From NCBI GenBank assembly GCA_046483495.1, contig JAWODC010000092.1, forward strand, positions 32,001-96,000: a DNA stretch of 64,000 nt. The letters are read 5' to 3'. Below are positions 8,357 through 19,024 of the stretch, piece by piece. The position numbers were made by a program, and so were the translations under genes. The number at the start of each line of letters is the position of its first letter. Position 1 is the first letter of the stretch. The stretch comes from Desulfobacterales bacterium. Lineage in GTDB: Bacteria > Desulfobacterota > Desulfobacteria > Desulfobacterales > UBA5616. Below the pieces are notes generated by a model, which saw only the letters and a list, made by a program, of their open reading frames with translations, did no database searches and had not been told where the DNA came from.

Positions 8357-10336
8357 TTAAGCAGCGTCCATTTCCCTTCGATCCGCCATATCGACCAATA
8401 TGCGTTCCCGAGCCTTGTCGATGCCCAGGGCTTTACGTTTCTTGTCAATATGTTCGATCATCATTTTTGCCATTTCATAAGGATCCGGTGTGAACCCCCA
8501 TTTCCCCAATCCCAAGCTTTCCAAACCATCGAACAGCAGTTTGTAAAATTTGGTCTCCCTGACAATGGGAAAGGTAACACCGAATACCGTGTATACACCT
8601 GATGCTACGAAGTACTGGCCGATGGATATGGCCTTTTCGCTCATCCACTCCGGAGCCGCCCCGGCAACGGGCAAATCGGCGATGGATTCTCCCAGCCCGC
8701 CGGTGCGGACCATTTCCGAAGCAGCAATCAGAATACGGCTGTTGTCCACGCACGATCCAAGGCCGAGAACCGGCGGCATTCCGACGGTTTCACAAACTTC
8801 ACGCAGTCCCGGACCGGCCAGGTAAGCCGCCTCAGGTGTGTAAAGTCCGGCTTTGGCCAGAGCGATTTGGGAACAGCCGGTCTGAAGAACGAGCACATCG
8901 TTTTTGATCAGTTCTTTTACCAATTCAACATGCACCCAATCCTGCTTGACCCGTGCATTGGTGCAGCCCACTACACCGGCAACACCCCGGATTCGGCCGT
9001 TCATGATGTTGTCGTTCAATGGTGTGTAGCTGCCCCTGAAGGATCCCCCGAGCATGTAATTGATGTATTCGTGGGAGAACCCATGAACGCCTGAATTCTT
9101 GATTTTGGGGATGTGGATCGGTTTATTTCGTGTCTTGAACCGGTCGATTGCCTGTAGGACGACTTCATCGGTGCAGGCCATCGGATCGTGTTCGTGGAAC
9201 TCGATATGGGCGGCCCCTTCGATGTGGCACCGCGGATTCGTAGTAAACAGCTTCGTGCCGTAGCAGGAGGCAACCGGGGCCAGTCCCTGCTTGATGCACT
9301 GAACATCGACACACATGGCGTCAACGGCGCCGGTCACCAAAATCGCCTCGGTTGACATGAAGTTGCCCGCATGGGGAACACCGTGGCGAACCAGCATTTC
9401 AGCTCCGGAGCAGCACATCCCGACGAGGTTGATGCCGTCGGCGCCGGCGGCTTTTGCTGCCTCGACCAGTGAGCGCTGATTTACTGATACCATCATGGAC
9501 TCGAACAGGTTCGGCTCATGTCCGTGAATGATAATGTTTACGGATTTCTCCTTGAGGACTCCCATATTGACATCCACCTGAACCGGTGTCGGGGTGCCGA
9601 ACAGAATATCGGAGATTTCCGTGGCGACCATGGATCCCCCCCAGCCGTCTGATAATGCGGTCCGGCTGATCTGTTTGGCAAGGTTTTCATAATGCTGATC
9701 CACCCCCATGTGTGTCCGGTGCATGATTTCCATGATTTCTCTCATCGCACCCCGGGGAACGATGCCGTTCTTTCGCCATGTCTCGAGCGTTTTTTCAGGC
9801 ACCCGCTTGGCGAACGGGATTTCTCCATCCACCTGGGTATACGTTCTTTCCAATTCGTTATACAGGTCGATGGCGATTTCCTGGGTCGTCTTTCCCTCGA
9901 TATCGATTCCGATCGAAGAGGCGACCTGCTCCAGCTTCATCGTATCTTTTATAATATAATCAGTAATATGGCCGTTAACCACCTCCCGGAAAAGATCGAG
10001 CATCGCCATGCCGTGGTCGGTGTGCGCGGCTGCCCCGGCGGCAACCATCCTGGCAAAATTTCGTGCCATGATCGTGTCTATGGTCGCACCGCAGACGCCA
10101 ACCTTGCTGTATGGATCCTTGGCATTCAGCCGGCATGGTCCCATGGAGCAATGTTTGCAGCACGCTGAATCGGCCCCGATGGGGCAAGCCCTCATATTGG
10201 CCGCTCGGTCAAACGCAATTTCGACCCCGTCCGCCTTGGCCTTTGTCAGCATTTGGGCGGTGGCGTCACATATCGTGAACTCCTTTGGTTCGGTTTTTTT
10301 ATCGGAAACGGTCTTCTTGATTTTGGTTTCACTCAT
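8357..10336 (-). CDS. cooS: Anaerobic Ni,Fe carbon monoxide dehydrogenase catalytic subunit
   Basis: CPIG..SACCKHCSMGPC (D/B clusters); HGHEP, GMCC, DVQC, VVGC, TGC, GSCVDN and SEKA (C-cluster region). Confidence 0.96.
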   Translation of the reverse strand: MSETKIKKTVSDKKTEPKEFTICDATAQMLTKAKADGVEIAFDRAANMRACPIGADSACCKHCSMGPCRLNAKDPYSKVGVCGATIDTIMARNFARMVAAGAAAHTDHGMAMLDLFREVVNGHITDYIIKDTMKLEQVASSIGIDIEGKTTQEIAIDLYNELERTYTQVDGEIPFAKRVPEKTLETWRKNGIVPRGAMREIMEIMHRTHMGVDQHYENLAKQISRTALSDGWGGSMVATEISDILFGTPTPVQVDVNMGVLKEKSVNIIIHGHEPNLFESMMVSVNQRSLVEAAKAAGADGINLVGMCCSGAEMLVRHGVPHAGNFMSTEAILVTGAVDAMCVDVQCIKQGLAPVASCYGTKLFTTNPRCHIEGAAHIEFHEHDPMACTDEVVLQAIDRFKTRNKPIHIPKIKNSGVHGFSHEYINYMLGGSFRGSYTPLNDNIMNGRIRGVAGVVGCTNARVKQDWVHVELVKELIKNDVLVLQTGCSQIALAKAGLYTPEAAYLAGPGLREVCETVGMPPVLGLGSCVDNSRILIAASEMVRTGGLGESIADLPVAGAAPEWMSEKAISIGQYFVASGVYTVFGVTFPIVRETKFYKLLFDGLESLGLGKWGFTPDPYEMAKMMIEHIDKKRKALGIDKARERILVDMADRREMDAA

Positions 10337-10445
10337 TTACAGCCTCCCTTTGTGTACATTAGTGGATACCTCCACGTGAAAAAGACCCTTCCGGATTTTT
10401 GATGCAAAAAATACCGCAATCGACCACCTTTGGAACCTGTTTGTA

Positions 10446-10940
10446 TCATTCGACTTTTTTAAAGGCATTGGATTTCGCACCGCAGACCGGGCACGCGTCG
10501 GGGGCGGCGTCTTCACAGGTGTAACCGCAAACCGAGCAAACGTAATAGTCGACGTTTTTTTGGTCTTCCAGGTTGTCCAGCATTTTTTGATATAAATCCG
10601 CATGAATCTTTTCGACATCATTCGCATATACGAAACTTCTTTCAGCTGCTTTATGCCCCTCTTCCTTTGCCGCTGAAATCATGTCCGGATACATGCTTTT
10701 GAATTCATGGGTTTCGCCGTTTACGGCCTCTTGAAGGTTCTCAGCGGTGCTTTTTACCGCCTTCAAGGCTCTTAAATGGGCATGGGCATGGACGGTTTCT
10801 GCTGCCGCAGCGGCCCGAAACAGTTTGGCAGCCTGATGATATCCTTCTTTGTCCGCTTTTTCGGCAAAGGCCAGGTATTTCCTGTTCGCTTGTGATTCAC
10901 CCGCGAAAGCATCCCATAGATTCTGTTCCGTTTTTGACAT
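10446..10940 (-). CDS. rbr: Rubrerythrin
   Basis: AFAGESQA, ETVHA, ETHE and EKIH di-iron motifs; C-terminal CSVCG...CPVCG rubredoxin domain. Confidence 0.95.
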   Translation of the reverse strand: MSKTEQNLWDAFAGESQANRKYLAFAEKADKEGYHQAAKLFRAAAAAETVHAHAHLRALKAVKSTAENLQEAVNGETHEFKSMYPDMISAAKEEGHKAAERSFVYANDVEKIHADLYQKMLDNLEDQKNVDYYVCSVCGYTCEDAAPDACPVCGAKSNAFKKVE

Positions 10941-11100
10941 GATGTTCCATCTCCTTTCTCTTCGGGTAATAAAGCATTATATTTAATATAATACCGGATA
11001 TGAAATTTTCAAACATCCATACGATTATCAAGAATTGTACCACATATTGAAAATGTATGTTTACCTATTAAAATCGAATAATTAAATATATACAGAATCA

Positions 11101-11114
11101 TTGATCCCGATCAA
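11101..11114. promoter_or_regulatory. CRP/FNR-family binding site (TTGAT-N4-ATCAA) upstream of rbr-cooS
   Basis: Exact TTGATcccgATCAA palindrome in an AT-rich intergenic region. Confidence 0.6.
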
Positions 11115-11254
11115 ATCATCGTTTTGCTCGAGACATTTTGTCTCATGGTATGAGCTTTCGGCGTTTTTAAAAAAAGATGCTAACCAATTCGCGAGGTTAA
11201 TGCTTTCAGGATTGTCTCATATGAATGTGATACACATTTGTCCGAATCGGGTAA

Positions 11255-11370
11255 TAGCCGTCCAGAAATGAGAAAAGTCGATTCTATTCAGTAAAGCTGA
11301 ATATGTTAAGGATTATAATTTACCGGACAAAGCAGAAATGAAATAAATTATTCATTTCCAATTTCACACC
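11255..11370 (-). repeat. Degenerate, internally deleted copy of the ~146-bp palindromic element
   Basis: TCCAGAAATGAGAAAAGTCGATTC and AGGATTATAATTTACCGGACAA resemble the reverse complement of the copy at 18836-18982. Confidence 0.65.
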
Positions 11371-11587
11371 TTACACTTTGATCTGGATGCCAAGGGTGTT
11401 GCCGACAGTGAGACGTTCATCTCGCGGAATCCAGGAGCTGATCCGGTATCCGAGCAACGTTTTCGATCAGGATTGATTCGATTACGGCGTTTCTGCCGTA
11501 AAAATACATGACATAGCTGAATGCTCCGGAGATCTCGATTCTGTAAAATGCAATCAACCGAATTGGATCATTAAAGGAGGTCTCCGG

Positions 11588-12328
11588 ATGAAATATGTCA
11601 TCGTCGTATGTATGCTCATCACATTTCCTGTTGCAGGAACAGCGGGGGAATTCGTGGCCTACACGGTCAATGATCAGGATTTGGAAGGTTATATGACCGG
11701 CATGCCCGCTGAAGCGCCGCTGATTCTGCTGATTCACGATTGGGACGGCCTTACCGATTACGAGGTAAAGCGGGCGGACATGCTGGGCGAACGGGGGTAT
11801 GCGGTATTCGCCGCAGATCTTTTCGGAGTCGGGGTGCGTCCAACAGCCGCGGAGGACAAGCGCCGGATAACATCCGAACTGATGGCGGATCGAGAAACGA
11901 TGCTCTTGCTGATGTACGGGGCGCTTGAAGCCGCGCAGTCAAAAGGGGCTCGTATCGACAATGCCGTAGCTATGGGGTATTGTTTCGGCGGCACCGCAGT
12001 CCTCGAACTGGCCGGATCCGGTGCGGACTTGAAAGGATTTGTCACGTTCCACGGCGGTTTAGAGACGCCGGAGGGGCGGGACTATACCCGAACCAAGGGG
12101 AAAGTGCTTGTTTTTCATGGGACGGCCGACCGGAGCGTCTCGATGGAACAGTTCGCCGAACTGGCCGATGCGTTCGAAGAGAAGAATGTCGATCATGAAA
12201 TGATCACTTATGGCGGAGCGCCGCATGCCTTCACGGTGTTCGGCACCGATCGTTACCGCGAGCATGCGGACAAGAAGTCCTGGAGACGGTTTTTGGTTTT
12301 TCTGAAGGAAACCCTCGGGACAGAGTAG
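11588..12328 (+). CDS. Dienelactone hydrolase family protein (exported)
   Basis: GYCFGG nucleophile elbow, FHG, HGTAD and HAFT motifs; signal peptide. Confidence 0.9.
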   Translation: MKYVIVVCMLITFPVAGTAGEFVAYTVNDQDLEGYMTGMPAEAPLILLIHDWDGLTDYEVKRADMLGERGYAVFAADLFGVGVRPTAAEDKRRITSELMADRETMLLLMYGALEAAQSKGARIDNAVAMGYCFGGTAVLELAGSGADLKGFVTFHGGLETPEGRDYTRTKGKVLVFHGTADRSVSMEQFAELADAFEEKNVDHEMITYGGAPHAFTVFGTDRYREHADKKSWRRFLVFLKETLGTE

Positions 12329-12464
12329 GTGATCTCACGGCATACCCGAAAAGCCGCCATGCCCCCCCACGGCCCCGATGAGTTGACGGCTCGTTTGAAA
12401 ACAGATAAAGAAAAACCATTCAAGCCGTGGAGAAGCTGATTACCTTATCGATTTGGAACCAAAC

Positions 12465-13790
12465 ATGAAACATTCGGTTCGATATGCGGCCGACGTAATC
12501 ATCGTGGGGTCCGGGCCCGGTGGGGCGACTACGGCCAAGTACCTTGCAAAATCCGGGAAAAATGTCCTGGTCCTTGAGCGGGGGAAAGACCATCGCAATG
12601 CATTTTATTATGGCACTTACCTCGGCGCTCTGCTGTATTCGGAAAAGAGAAGTTTTCTGTTCACCGAAGAGGGATTGAATATCGTTGCGCCCGTCATGCT
12701 GGGAGGTGCCACGAGCATGTTTGCCGGATGCGCCTCGGTGCCGCCTCCGTGGCTCAAGGAAAAATACGGGCTTGACATCGATGCGGAGGTGAGCGAAACG
12801 ATCGGGCAACTGGGCATCGAACCCTTGCCGGAGCACCTGCGGGGGGAGGCGTCCACTCGAATCGCCCTGGCCGCGGGTGCCCTTGGATATGACTGGTATG
12901 CCCAGCCGAAATTCATGTTTCCTGAAAGAGCCCGGGGCAAACACGGGTTCGACTGCGGGGCATCCTGCATGCTGGGATGTGCCTGCGGCGCAAAATGGAA
13001 TGCGGCGGAATGGATCGATGACGCCGTTCGTGCCGGGGCTGAGGTTCGGACGGGAGCCCGTGTTAAACAAGTGCTTGCAAACGGCGGGGAAGTTGTCGGA
13101 GTGACAGGGAGAATCGGCCGTCGGGAGTTTATTGCCGAAGCCGGGACGGTTGTGGTGTGTGCAGGGGGGCTTGGAACTCCAAGGATCCTTCAGGCCTCAG
13201 GATTCGCCCATGCCGGTGAAGGCATGACTATGGATACAACGGTGATGGTGTACGGTTTTACCAAGCGCAGGGGAACCGGAATGGAACCGCCCATGACCTG
13301 GTCCTGGGAAAACGACGAGGCGGGGTTCATGCTGTCCACGCTCATCGATCCCTGGCTTCTCTATCCCATGATGGCGGTGCGGAAAGGGCCGGGGCCTGCG
13401 TTAAGATGGGTTAAATGGAACAAGATGCTGGGACTCATGATCAAGCTCAAGGATGATATCGCCGGGGGTGTTTACCCGGACGGCCGGATCAGCAAACCGC
13501 TTACCCGGTCGGACCGGGAGCGTCTGATGCTTGCCGAAGACGTGTGCCGCAGCATTTTGATCGAAGCCGGGGCTGAAAAGAAAACCATTTTCACGACCCC
13601 GCAGCGGGGAACCCATCCCAGCGGCACGGTTCGGGTCGGCCATCTGGTGGACGCCGACCTTCAAACCCACATCCGCGGGCTTTACGTCTGTGATGCCTCC
13701 GTTTTTCCCGAAAGCCTGGATCGGCCCACTGTTCTAACCATCATCGGATTGGGCAAACGGCTGGCCCGGCATTTGACGGCTGCGGCATGA
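12465..13790 (+). CDS. GMC-family FAD oxidoreductase
   Basis: GSGPGG, LGGATS, CxxCxxGCxC, HPSGT and LYVCDASVFP motifs. Confidence 0.85.
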   Translation: MKHSVRYAADVIIVGSGPGGATTAKYLAKSGKNVLVLERGKDHRNAFYYGTYLGALLYSEKRSFLFTEEGLNIVAPVMLGGATSMFAGCASVPPPWLKEKYGLDIDAEVSETIGQLGIEPLPEHLRGEASTRIALAAGALGYDWYAQPKFMFPERARGKHGFDCGASCMLGCACGAKWNAAEWIDDAVRAGAEVRTGARVKQVLANGGEVVGVTGRIGRREFIAEAGTVVVCAGGLGTPRILQASGFAHAGEGMTMDTTVMVYGFTKRRGTGMEPPMTWSWENDEAGFMLSTLIDPWLLYPMMAVRKGPGPALRWVKWNKMLGLMIKLKDDIAGGVYPDGRISKPLTRSDRERLMLAEDVCRSILIEAGAEKKTIFTTPQRGTHPSGTVRVGHLVDADLQTHIRGLYVCDASVFPESLDRPTVLTIIGLGKRLARHLTAAA

Positions 13791-13797
13791 AAACGGC

Positions 13798-14550
13798 TTA
13801 TCGCTCTACGGAGATATTCACCTTCTGTATGTATTTGCCGAAGCTGCGCATGCCTCCCCCTTCACTGACGACCTGCAGCACCGTTTCCGGATGGGTGGCT
13901 TTCACACCGGAAAGAAGCGTAACCGGTGTATCGGTAAAGGCGTCTGGAATCATTGGGGTGGACGCCCCCAACATGACGACTTCCCGGCAGCCGGCGGCGG
14001 CTTCGAGAACGGCATCGACGGTGTTGTTGATGATAGCCGTGGAGGTGATAACGGCCACCTGGCATTCGGGAATCAATTCTGGGATATCGGTGTAGGGCAA
14101 AAGGCCACCCTTGGCGAAATCGATGCGCTCGAACACCTTCACCGAAGCGCATCGTTTTTTCAGCCGCGGCAAAATCGGGGCGAAATTTCCCACGACGCCG
14201 ACGCAATCGTGCGGGTAAAGCGTAAGCTCTTTCAACATGTCGCCGGTTGAAAACGGCTTGTTTTCCAGAGGGGCCAATGCATTGACCGTCGCCATCGCTA
14301 CGGCGGTTTCGATGTCATCGGCGGAATCCAGGCCGGACAGCAGTTCAGAGGCCTGCCGTCCGGCAAGAGGCCGCAGCCAGTTAAATACATTGCAGCTTCG
14401 CTTTACGGGGCTTATGAACGTGTAGGCCACCCCCACGGTTCCGACATCCAGGCCGACGGCCGTGTAGCCTAAGCCGATTCGAACATCCGTAACCCGATGC
14501 TTCCGTGCAGCCGGCAAGATGCGGTCTTTTATTTTTTCTTTGAGGCGCAC
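13798..14550 (-). CDS. DUF364/DUF4213 Rossmann-like protein
   Basis: DVRIGLGYTAV, ITSTAIINNT and LGASTP motifs. Confidence 0.8.
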   Translation of the reverse strand: MRLKEKIKDRILPAARKHRVTDVRIGLGYTAVGLDVGTVGVAYTFISPVKRSCNVFNWLRPLAGRQASELLSGLDSADDIETAVAMATVNALAPLENKPFSTGDMLKELTLYPHDCVGVVGNFAPILPRLKKRCASVKVFERIDFAKGGLLPYTDIPELIPECQVAVITSTAIINNTVDAVLEAAAGCREVVMLGASTPMIPDAFTDTPVTLLSGVKATHPETVLQVVSEGGGMRSFGKYIQKVNISVER

Positions 14551-14619
14551 GTTTCTATTTTCAACAGGTTATGCGTTTACCATTGGGCAGACCGGCGTCT
14601 AAGAAAAACCGGCGTCCGG

Positions 14620-15708
14620 TCAACCGTTTTCCTTTTCGAACGATTCCATGAAATCGCATAGATTTTCAACAGCTTTGACGGAAACGGCATTGTAAATAGA
14701 TGCCCGGCATCCGCCTACGGACCGGTGCCCTTTCAGGCCGCCCAAGCCGTTTTCCAAGGCCTGTTGAACGAACTTCTTTTCCAGTTCTTCGGAAGGCAGG
14801 CGGAACGTGACGTTCATGAGGGATCGGCTGTCCTTTTCCGCTGTGCCGCGGTAAAAGCCGCTCTTATCGATCAACCCGTAGAGCAGGGAAGCCTTTTCCC
14901 GGTTGATTCGGTCCATGCTTTCGAGGCCGCCGATGGTTTCCTCGAGCCATTTTAAAACCCGTTGGATGACGTACACGGAGAAGCACGGGGGTGTGTTGAA
15001 CATGGAATTCTTCTCGGCAAACGTTTTGTAGCTCAGTATGGTGGGAATATGCTCCGGAACCCGGTCAAGCATATCCTGCCGAATAATCACCATGCAGCAG
15101 CCGGCAGGCCCGATATTTTTCTGGGCGCCCGCATAAATCAGGCCGAAACCGGAAGCGTCGAACGGCCGGGACATGATATCCGAGGACATATCGGCCATCA
15201 GTGGAATGCCGCCGGTTTCCGGAAACCGACCCCATTGGGTGCCCTTTATCGTGTTATTGGATGTGATGTGCACAAAAGCCGCATCCCTGCTGAAGGCTAT
15301 ATCCCTTGGGATGTAGGCGAAATTCTTGTCTTCGGAACTGGCGGCCACCCGAATTGGTCTCTCCTGAAGTCGTGCTTCTTTTATCGCTTTTGTGGACCAG
15401 GTGCCGGTGTTGACGTAATCGGCCGTTTGTCCCTCGGCCAGAAAGTTCATGGGAATCATGCAAAACTGCATGCTGGCGCCTCCTTGGAGAAACAGAACGT
15501 GAAACCGGTCATCGAGTTTCAGAAGTCGCCGGGTCCGCGCAATCGCATCGTTGATGACATCGTCAAACATCTTTGAACGGTGGCTGATTTCGGTTATGGA
15601 CATGCCGGAACCCGCGAAATTCAAAAAAGATGCCTGTACTTCCTTTAAGACATCGATCGGCAGAGCTGCCGGACCGGCATTGAAGTTGTGAATTCTGCTG
15701 TCTTTCAT
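14620..15708 (-). CDS. serC: Phosphoserine aminotransferase
   Basis: NFNAGPA, SHRS, GAQKNIGP (PLP Lys) and GHRSVGG motifs; AGGAG RBS. Confidence 0.97.
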   Translation of the reverse strand: MKDSRIHNFNAGPAALPIDVLKEVQASFLNFAGSGMSITEISHRSKMFDDVINDAIARTRRLLKLDDRFHVLFLQGGASMQFCMIPMNFLAEGQTADYVNTGTWSTKAIKEARLQERPIRVAASSEDKNFAYIPRDIAFSRDAAFVHITSNNTIKGTQWGRFPETGGIPLMADMSSDIMSRPFDASGFGLIYAGAQKNIGPAGCCMVIIRQDMLDRVPEHIPTILSYKTFAEKNSMFNTPPCFSVYVIQRVLKWLEETIGGLESMDRINREKASLLYGLIDKSGFYRGTAEKDSRSLMNVTFRLPSEELEKKFVQQALENGLGGLKGHRSVGGCRASIYNAVSVKAVENLCDFMESFEKENG

Positions 15709-15881
15709 GGTTCGTCTCCTTGTTTTAGTCCGCTGGATGCATTGTGATACAGGTGACGAGTCATTATTTGTTCGATTCAATCCCGGTTGTCAAATGTATT
15801 TTCATATTTTTTGCCGCACCGTTGACAAGTTCATCCGAATTGCCGTATGTTCGCATCATCAAAAAAACAGGAAAATATCAC

Positions 15882-17189
15882 ATGAAAACGTATAGCTATC
15901 CTTCTCCTTCGGCCGAAAAGCGTATTGCCGGTATTGTTAACCGGGGATTTGGATTCAAGAAGAAAGACTTGCGGTATGTGGAAGGCATTCTCGAGGATGT
16001 GCGTAAAAACGGGGATGATGCCGTCCTCACCTATGTTCGGCGGTTCGACTCTCCCAAGCTGACACCGGAAACCATAAAGGTGTCGGATGCGGAATTTGCC
16101 TCAGCGCAGAAGCAGGTGGACCGTTCGTTCATGCGTGCACTGAACCGGGCTGCATCTCAGATCGAATCATTTCATCACCATCAGCTTCAAAAATCGTGGA
16201 TCGACACCCGGCGCCCTGGAACCCTGCTGGGGCAGGTGGTCCATCCTGTCGATTCGGCGGGTATTTACGTTCCCGGCGCCAAAGGAGGGAAAACGCCGCT
16301 GGTGTCATCCGTTTTGATGGGGGGTATACCGGCAAAAATTGCCGGCGTCAAACGCATCGTACTGGCAACCCCGCCCCGGGAGGACGGTTCCGTGAATCCC
16401 TATCTGCTGGCGGCCGCCCGAAAAGTGGGGGTCGAATCGATTTATAAGATCGGGAGCGCCTGGGCCGTCGGGGCAATGGCATACGGCACCCAAACCGTCC
16501 CCCGGGTGGATGTCATTGTCGGGCCGGGCAACATCTATGTTACACTGGCCAAGAAAATCGTTTCTCACGTGGTGGGAATCGATATGGTTGCCGGGCCCAG
16601 TGAAATTTTAATCCTTGCGGACGAATCGGCCCGGCCCGAATTTGCAGCGGCGGACCTGCTGTCCCAGGCGGAGCATGATGTAATGGCATCGGCTATGCTG
16701 GTAACGGACTCTCAGCAAGTCGCCGAGAATGTGGTCACGGCGACTGTTGAGCGGATGCGAAATTTGTCGAGAAAGGCTGTAGCGGAAGCGTCTTTTGCAA
16801 AATTCGGAGCCGTTTTCACTGTCCCCCACATGGACGTCGCGATCGATCTGGCGAATCGCATCGCACCGGAGCACCTGGAACTCCACGTGCGGAATCCATT
16901 CGAAATTGTCGGCCGGATTCGAAATGCCGGCGCCGTTTTTTTAGGGGAGTACACACCCGAGCCTGTGGGGGATTACATGGCCGGCCCAAACCACGTGCTG
17001 CCCACGTCCGGCACCGCGCGTTTTGCTTCAGCACTTTCGGTAGACAATTTCATCAAGAAGACCAGCATCCTTCATTATTCCAGAGAGGCGTTCTTCAAAG
17101 AATCCGAGGATATTCGCAGACTTGCCGAAATCGAGGGGTTGGACGCTCACGCCGAGTCGGTGAACATCCGGCTGCGGAAAGGTTCATGA
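15882..17189 (+). CDS. hisD: Histidinol dehydrogenase
   Basis: YVPG, GPGNIYV, AGPSE, SQAEHD, APEHL and GPNHVLPT motifs. Confidence 0.97.
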   Translation: MKTYSYPSPSAEKRIAGIVNRGFGFKKKDLRYVEGILEDVRKNGDDAVLTYVRRFDSPKLTPETIKVSDAEFASAQKQVDRSFMRALNRAASQIESFHHHQLQKSWIDTRRPGTLLGQVVHPVDSAGIYVPGAKGGKTPLVSSVLMGGIPAKIAGVKRIVLATPPREDGSVNPYLLAAARKVGVESIYKIGSAWAVGAMAYGTQTVPRVDVIVGPGNIYVTLAKKIVSHVVGIDMVAGPSEILILADESARPEFAAADLLSQAEHDVMASAMLVTDSQQVAENVVTATVERMRNLSRKAVAEASFAKFGAVFTVPHMDVAIDLANRIAPEHLELHVRNPFEIVGRIRNAGAVFLGEYTPEPVGDYMAGPNHVLPTSGTARFASALSVDNFIKKTSILHYSREAFFKESEDIRRLAEIEGLDAHAESVNIRLRKGS

Positions 17190-17211
17190 TGCGGGTCATC
17201 CGGCTCCGGTT

Positions 17212-18681
17212 TCAGAGGTTTCCCAGCAGGTCGCAGAGCATCCGTACACCGAATCCGGTGCCGCCTGCATTGCAGTAGTCTGTCGCCTTTTTGGCGTATG
17301 CCGGCCCGGCGATGTCGATGTGGGCCCATCGGGCATCGCCGACGAATTCAGACAGGAAAAGCGCTGCTGCTATAGCGCCGCCGAATCGGGAACTGCTCAT
17401 GTTGTGGATGTCTGCAAATTCGCTCTTCAGCAGCTCTTTGTAGTCTTTGGGCATCGGCATCCGCCAGCAGCGTTCGTGGGTATTATCTCCGGATGTGATG
17501 ATTCGTCCGGCCAGTTCGTCGTCAAACGAAAAAACGCCGGCAATTTTTTCCCCCAGTGCTACGGCACAGGCGCCGGTCAGGGTGGCGACATCGATGAGGG
17601 CATCGGGATGATAGGTTTTAACGGCCCAGGCCAGCGCATCGATCAGTATCAAGCGCCCCTCGGCATCCGTATTGCCGATTTCTACGGTTTTCCCCTCGTA
17701 CGTTCTGATAATGTCGCCCGGTCGCGAAGCTCCGCCGGAGGGCATGTTCTCCACCAGAGGAATAACTCCCACCACATTTATGGCGGGTTCGAGTCCCGCC
17801 GCCGCAATCAAGGTGGCGGCAACGGTTGCGGCACCGGCCATATCGCTTTTCATATCTTCAATGGACCCCGACGGCTTTAAATTAAGGCCGCCGGAATCGA
17901 AAGTCACCCCTTTGCCGACCAGGGCCAGCGTCTTATCGGCCTTCGGCGCCCGATATTCCAGAATGATCATTCGCGGCTTGCTGGTGCTGCCCGCGGCAAC
18001 GGCCAAAATGGCGCCGAATCCCTCTTTTTTGAGAATTTTGTCATCCATAACCGTCGATTTCAGCCCCGCTTTTCGGGCCTTGTTCAGAATATCCCGGGCA
18101 AACGCTTCGGGCCGCTTGTCGTTGGCCGGTGTGCTCACCCATTCCCGGGCCGTCAGGGTCTGACTGCATATGGTGGCGGTCCGGTAGGCTGCGGGGTTGT
18201 ATTTCCGCGGTGAGGCCGAACCGATAAAAACGTGTATTTTTTTTAAGGGGAAGAGTTTCTTTTCTCTTTTATACGCATCGAACAGGTGATTTCCCAGGCA
18301 GGCACCCTCCATTGCAGCCGTGAGCATCCGATCGAACGGTATGGGCGCCTTTTCGGGGGGAGGCAGCACGAGTAGTGCTTCCTTGAGACGGTTTCGAATG
18401 CATTTTTTAACGGCTTTTCCGGCCATGTCGCGGAAGGATTCAGGGTTTAGGTCTTCCTGCTTTCCGATTCCGAAAAGCAACACCCGCCGGGCGGGTCCGA
18501 TCCCGGGTTCGTACAAAATAAACTCATCTTCGGGTTTTCCCGCAAATTCATCGAAGGGCCCCATCTTTTCGATGAACGATAGAACAGATGCATTTTCATG
18601 AATCCGTGCATCTTCGCAGACCGGAACGATCCAGTTTTCGACGGTGCTTTTCTCCAAATTCCGTGATGTCAACTGCAGCAT
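17212..18681 (-). CDS. pepA: Leucyl aminopeptidase (M17)
   Basis: GKGVTFDSGG, MKSDMAG, NTDAEGRL and HIDIAG motifs. Confidence 0.95.
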   Translation of the reverse strand: MLQLTSRNLEKSTVENWIVPVCEDARIHENASVLSFIEKMGPFDEFAGKPEDEFILYEPGIGPARRVLLFGIGKQEDLNPESFRDMAGKAVKKCIRNRLKEALLVLPPPEKAPIPFDRMLTAAMEGACLGNHLFDAYKREKKLFPLKKIHVFIGSASPRKYNPAAYRTATICSQTLTAREWVSTPANDKRPEAFARDILNKARKAGLKSTVMDDKILKKEGFGAILAVAAGSTSKPRMIILEYRAPKADKTLALVGKGVTFDSGGLNLKPSGSIEDMKSDMAGAATVAATLIAAAGLEPAINVVGVIPLVENMPSGGASRPGDIIRTYEGKTVEIGNTDAEGRLILIDALAWAVKTYHPDALIDVATLTGACAVALGEKIAGVFSFDDELAGRIITSGDNTHERCWRMPMPKDYKELLKSEFADIHNMSSSRFGGAIAAALFLSEFVGDARWAHIDIAGPAYAKKATDYCNAGGTGFGVRMLCDLLGNL

Positions 18682-18835
18682 GGGAACCCCCTCTCGGCAA
18701 AAATGTCACCATCATTCCATTCTATCGGTTTCCAACGTTTAGTCAATTGGATTATGCAAAACATTCGAATCCGATGCGCGGCGACGGAACCCGAAAAATA
18801 AAAAAAGTTGATAACTGCTATTGGTTATGCTTAGA

Positions 18836-18982
18836 TAGCGCCCATCCAGAAATGGCTAATTCGCTCCGTTTCGGCGTTGGCCGGTAAATTTTAATCCTCA
18901 AAATACTCAATGTATTCCTGTGGTTAAAATTAACCGGCCGCCTTGAACTGAATCGAATTTTCTCATTTCTGGAAGGGCACTG
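18836..18982 (+). repeat. ~146-bp palindromic interspersed element (MITE/REP-like), subfamily A
   Basis: Terminal inverted repeats TAGCGCCCATCCAGAAATG / CATTTCTGGAAGGGCACTG; internal stem GGCCGGTAAATTTTAATC / GGTTAAAATTAACCGGCC; extra TIR fragment at 18985-18995. Confidence 0.9.
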
Positions 18983-19024
18983 GATAGTGCCCATCTTGTT
19001 TAATTTGAGGCTGGAGGAAGGCGC

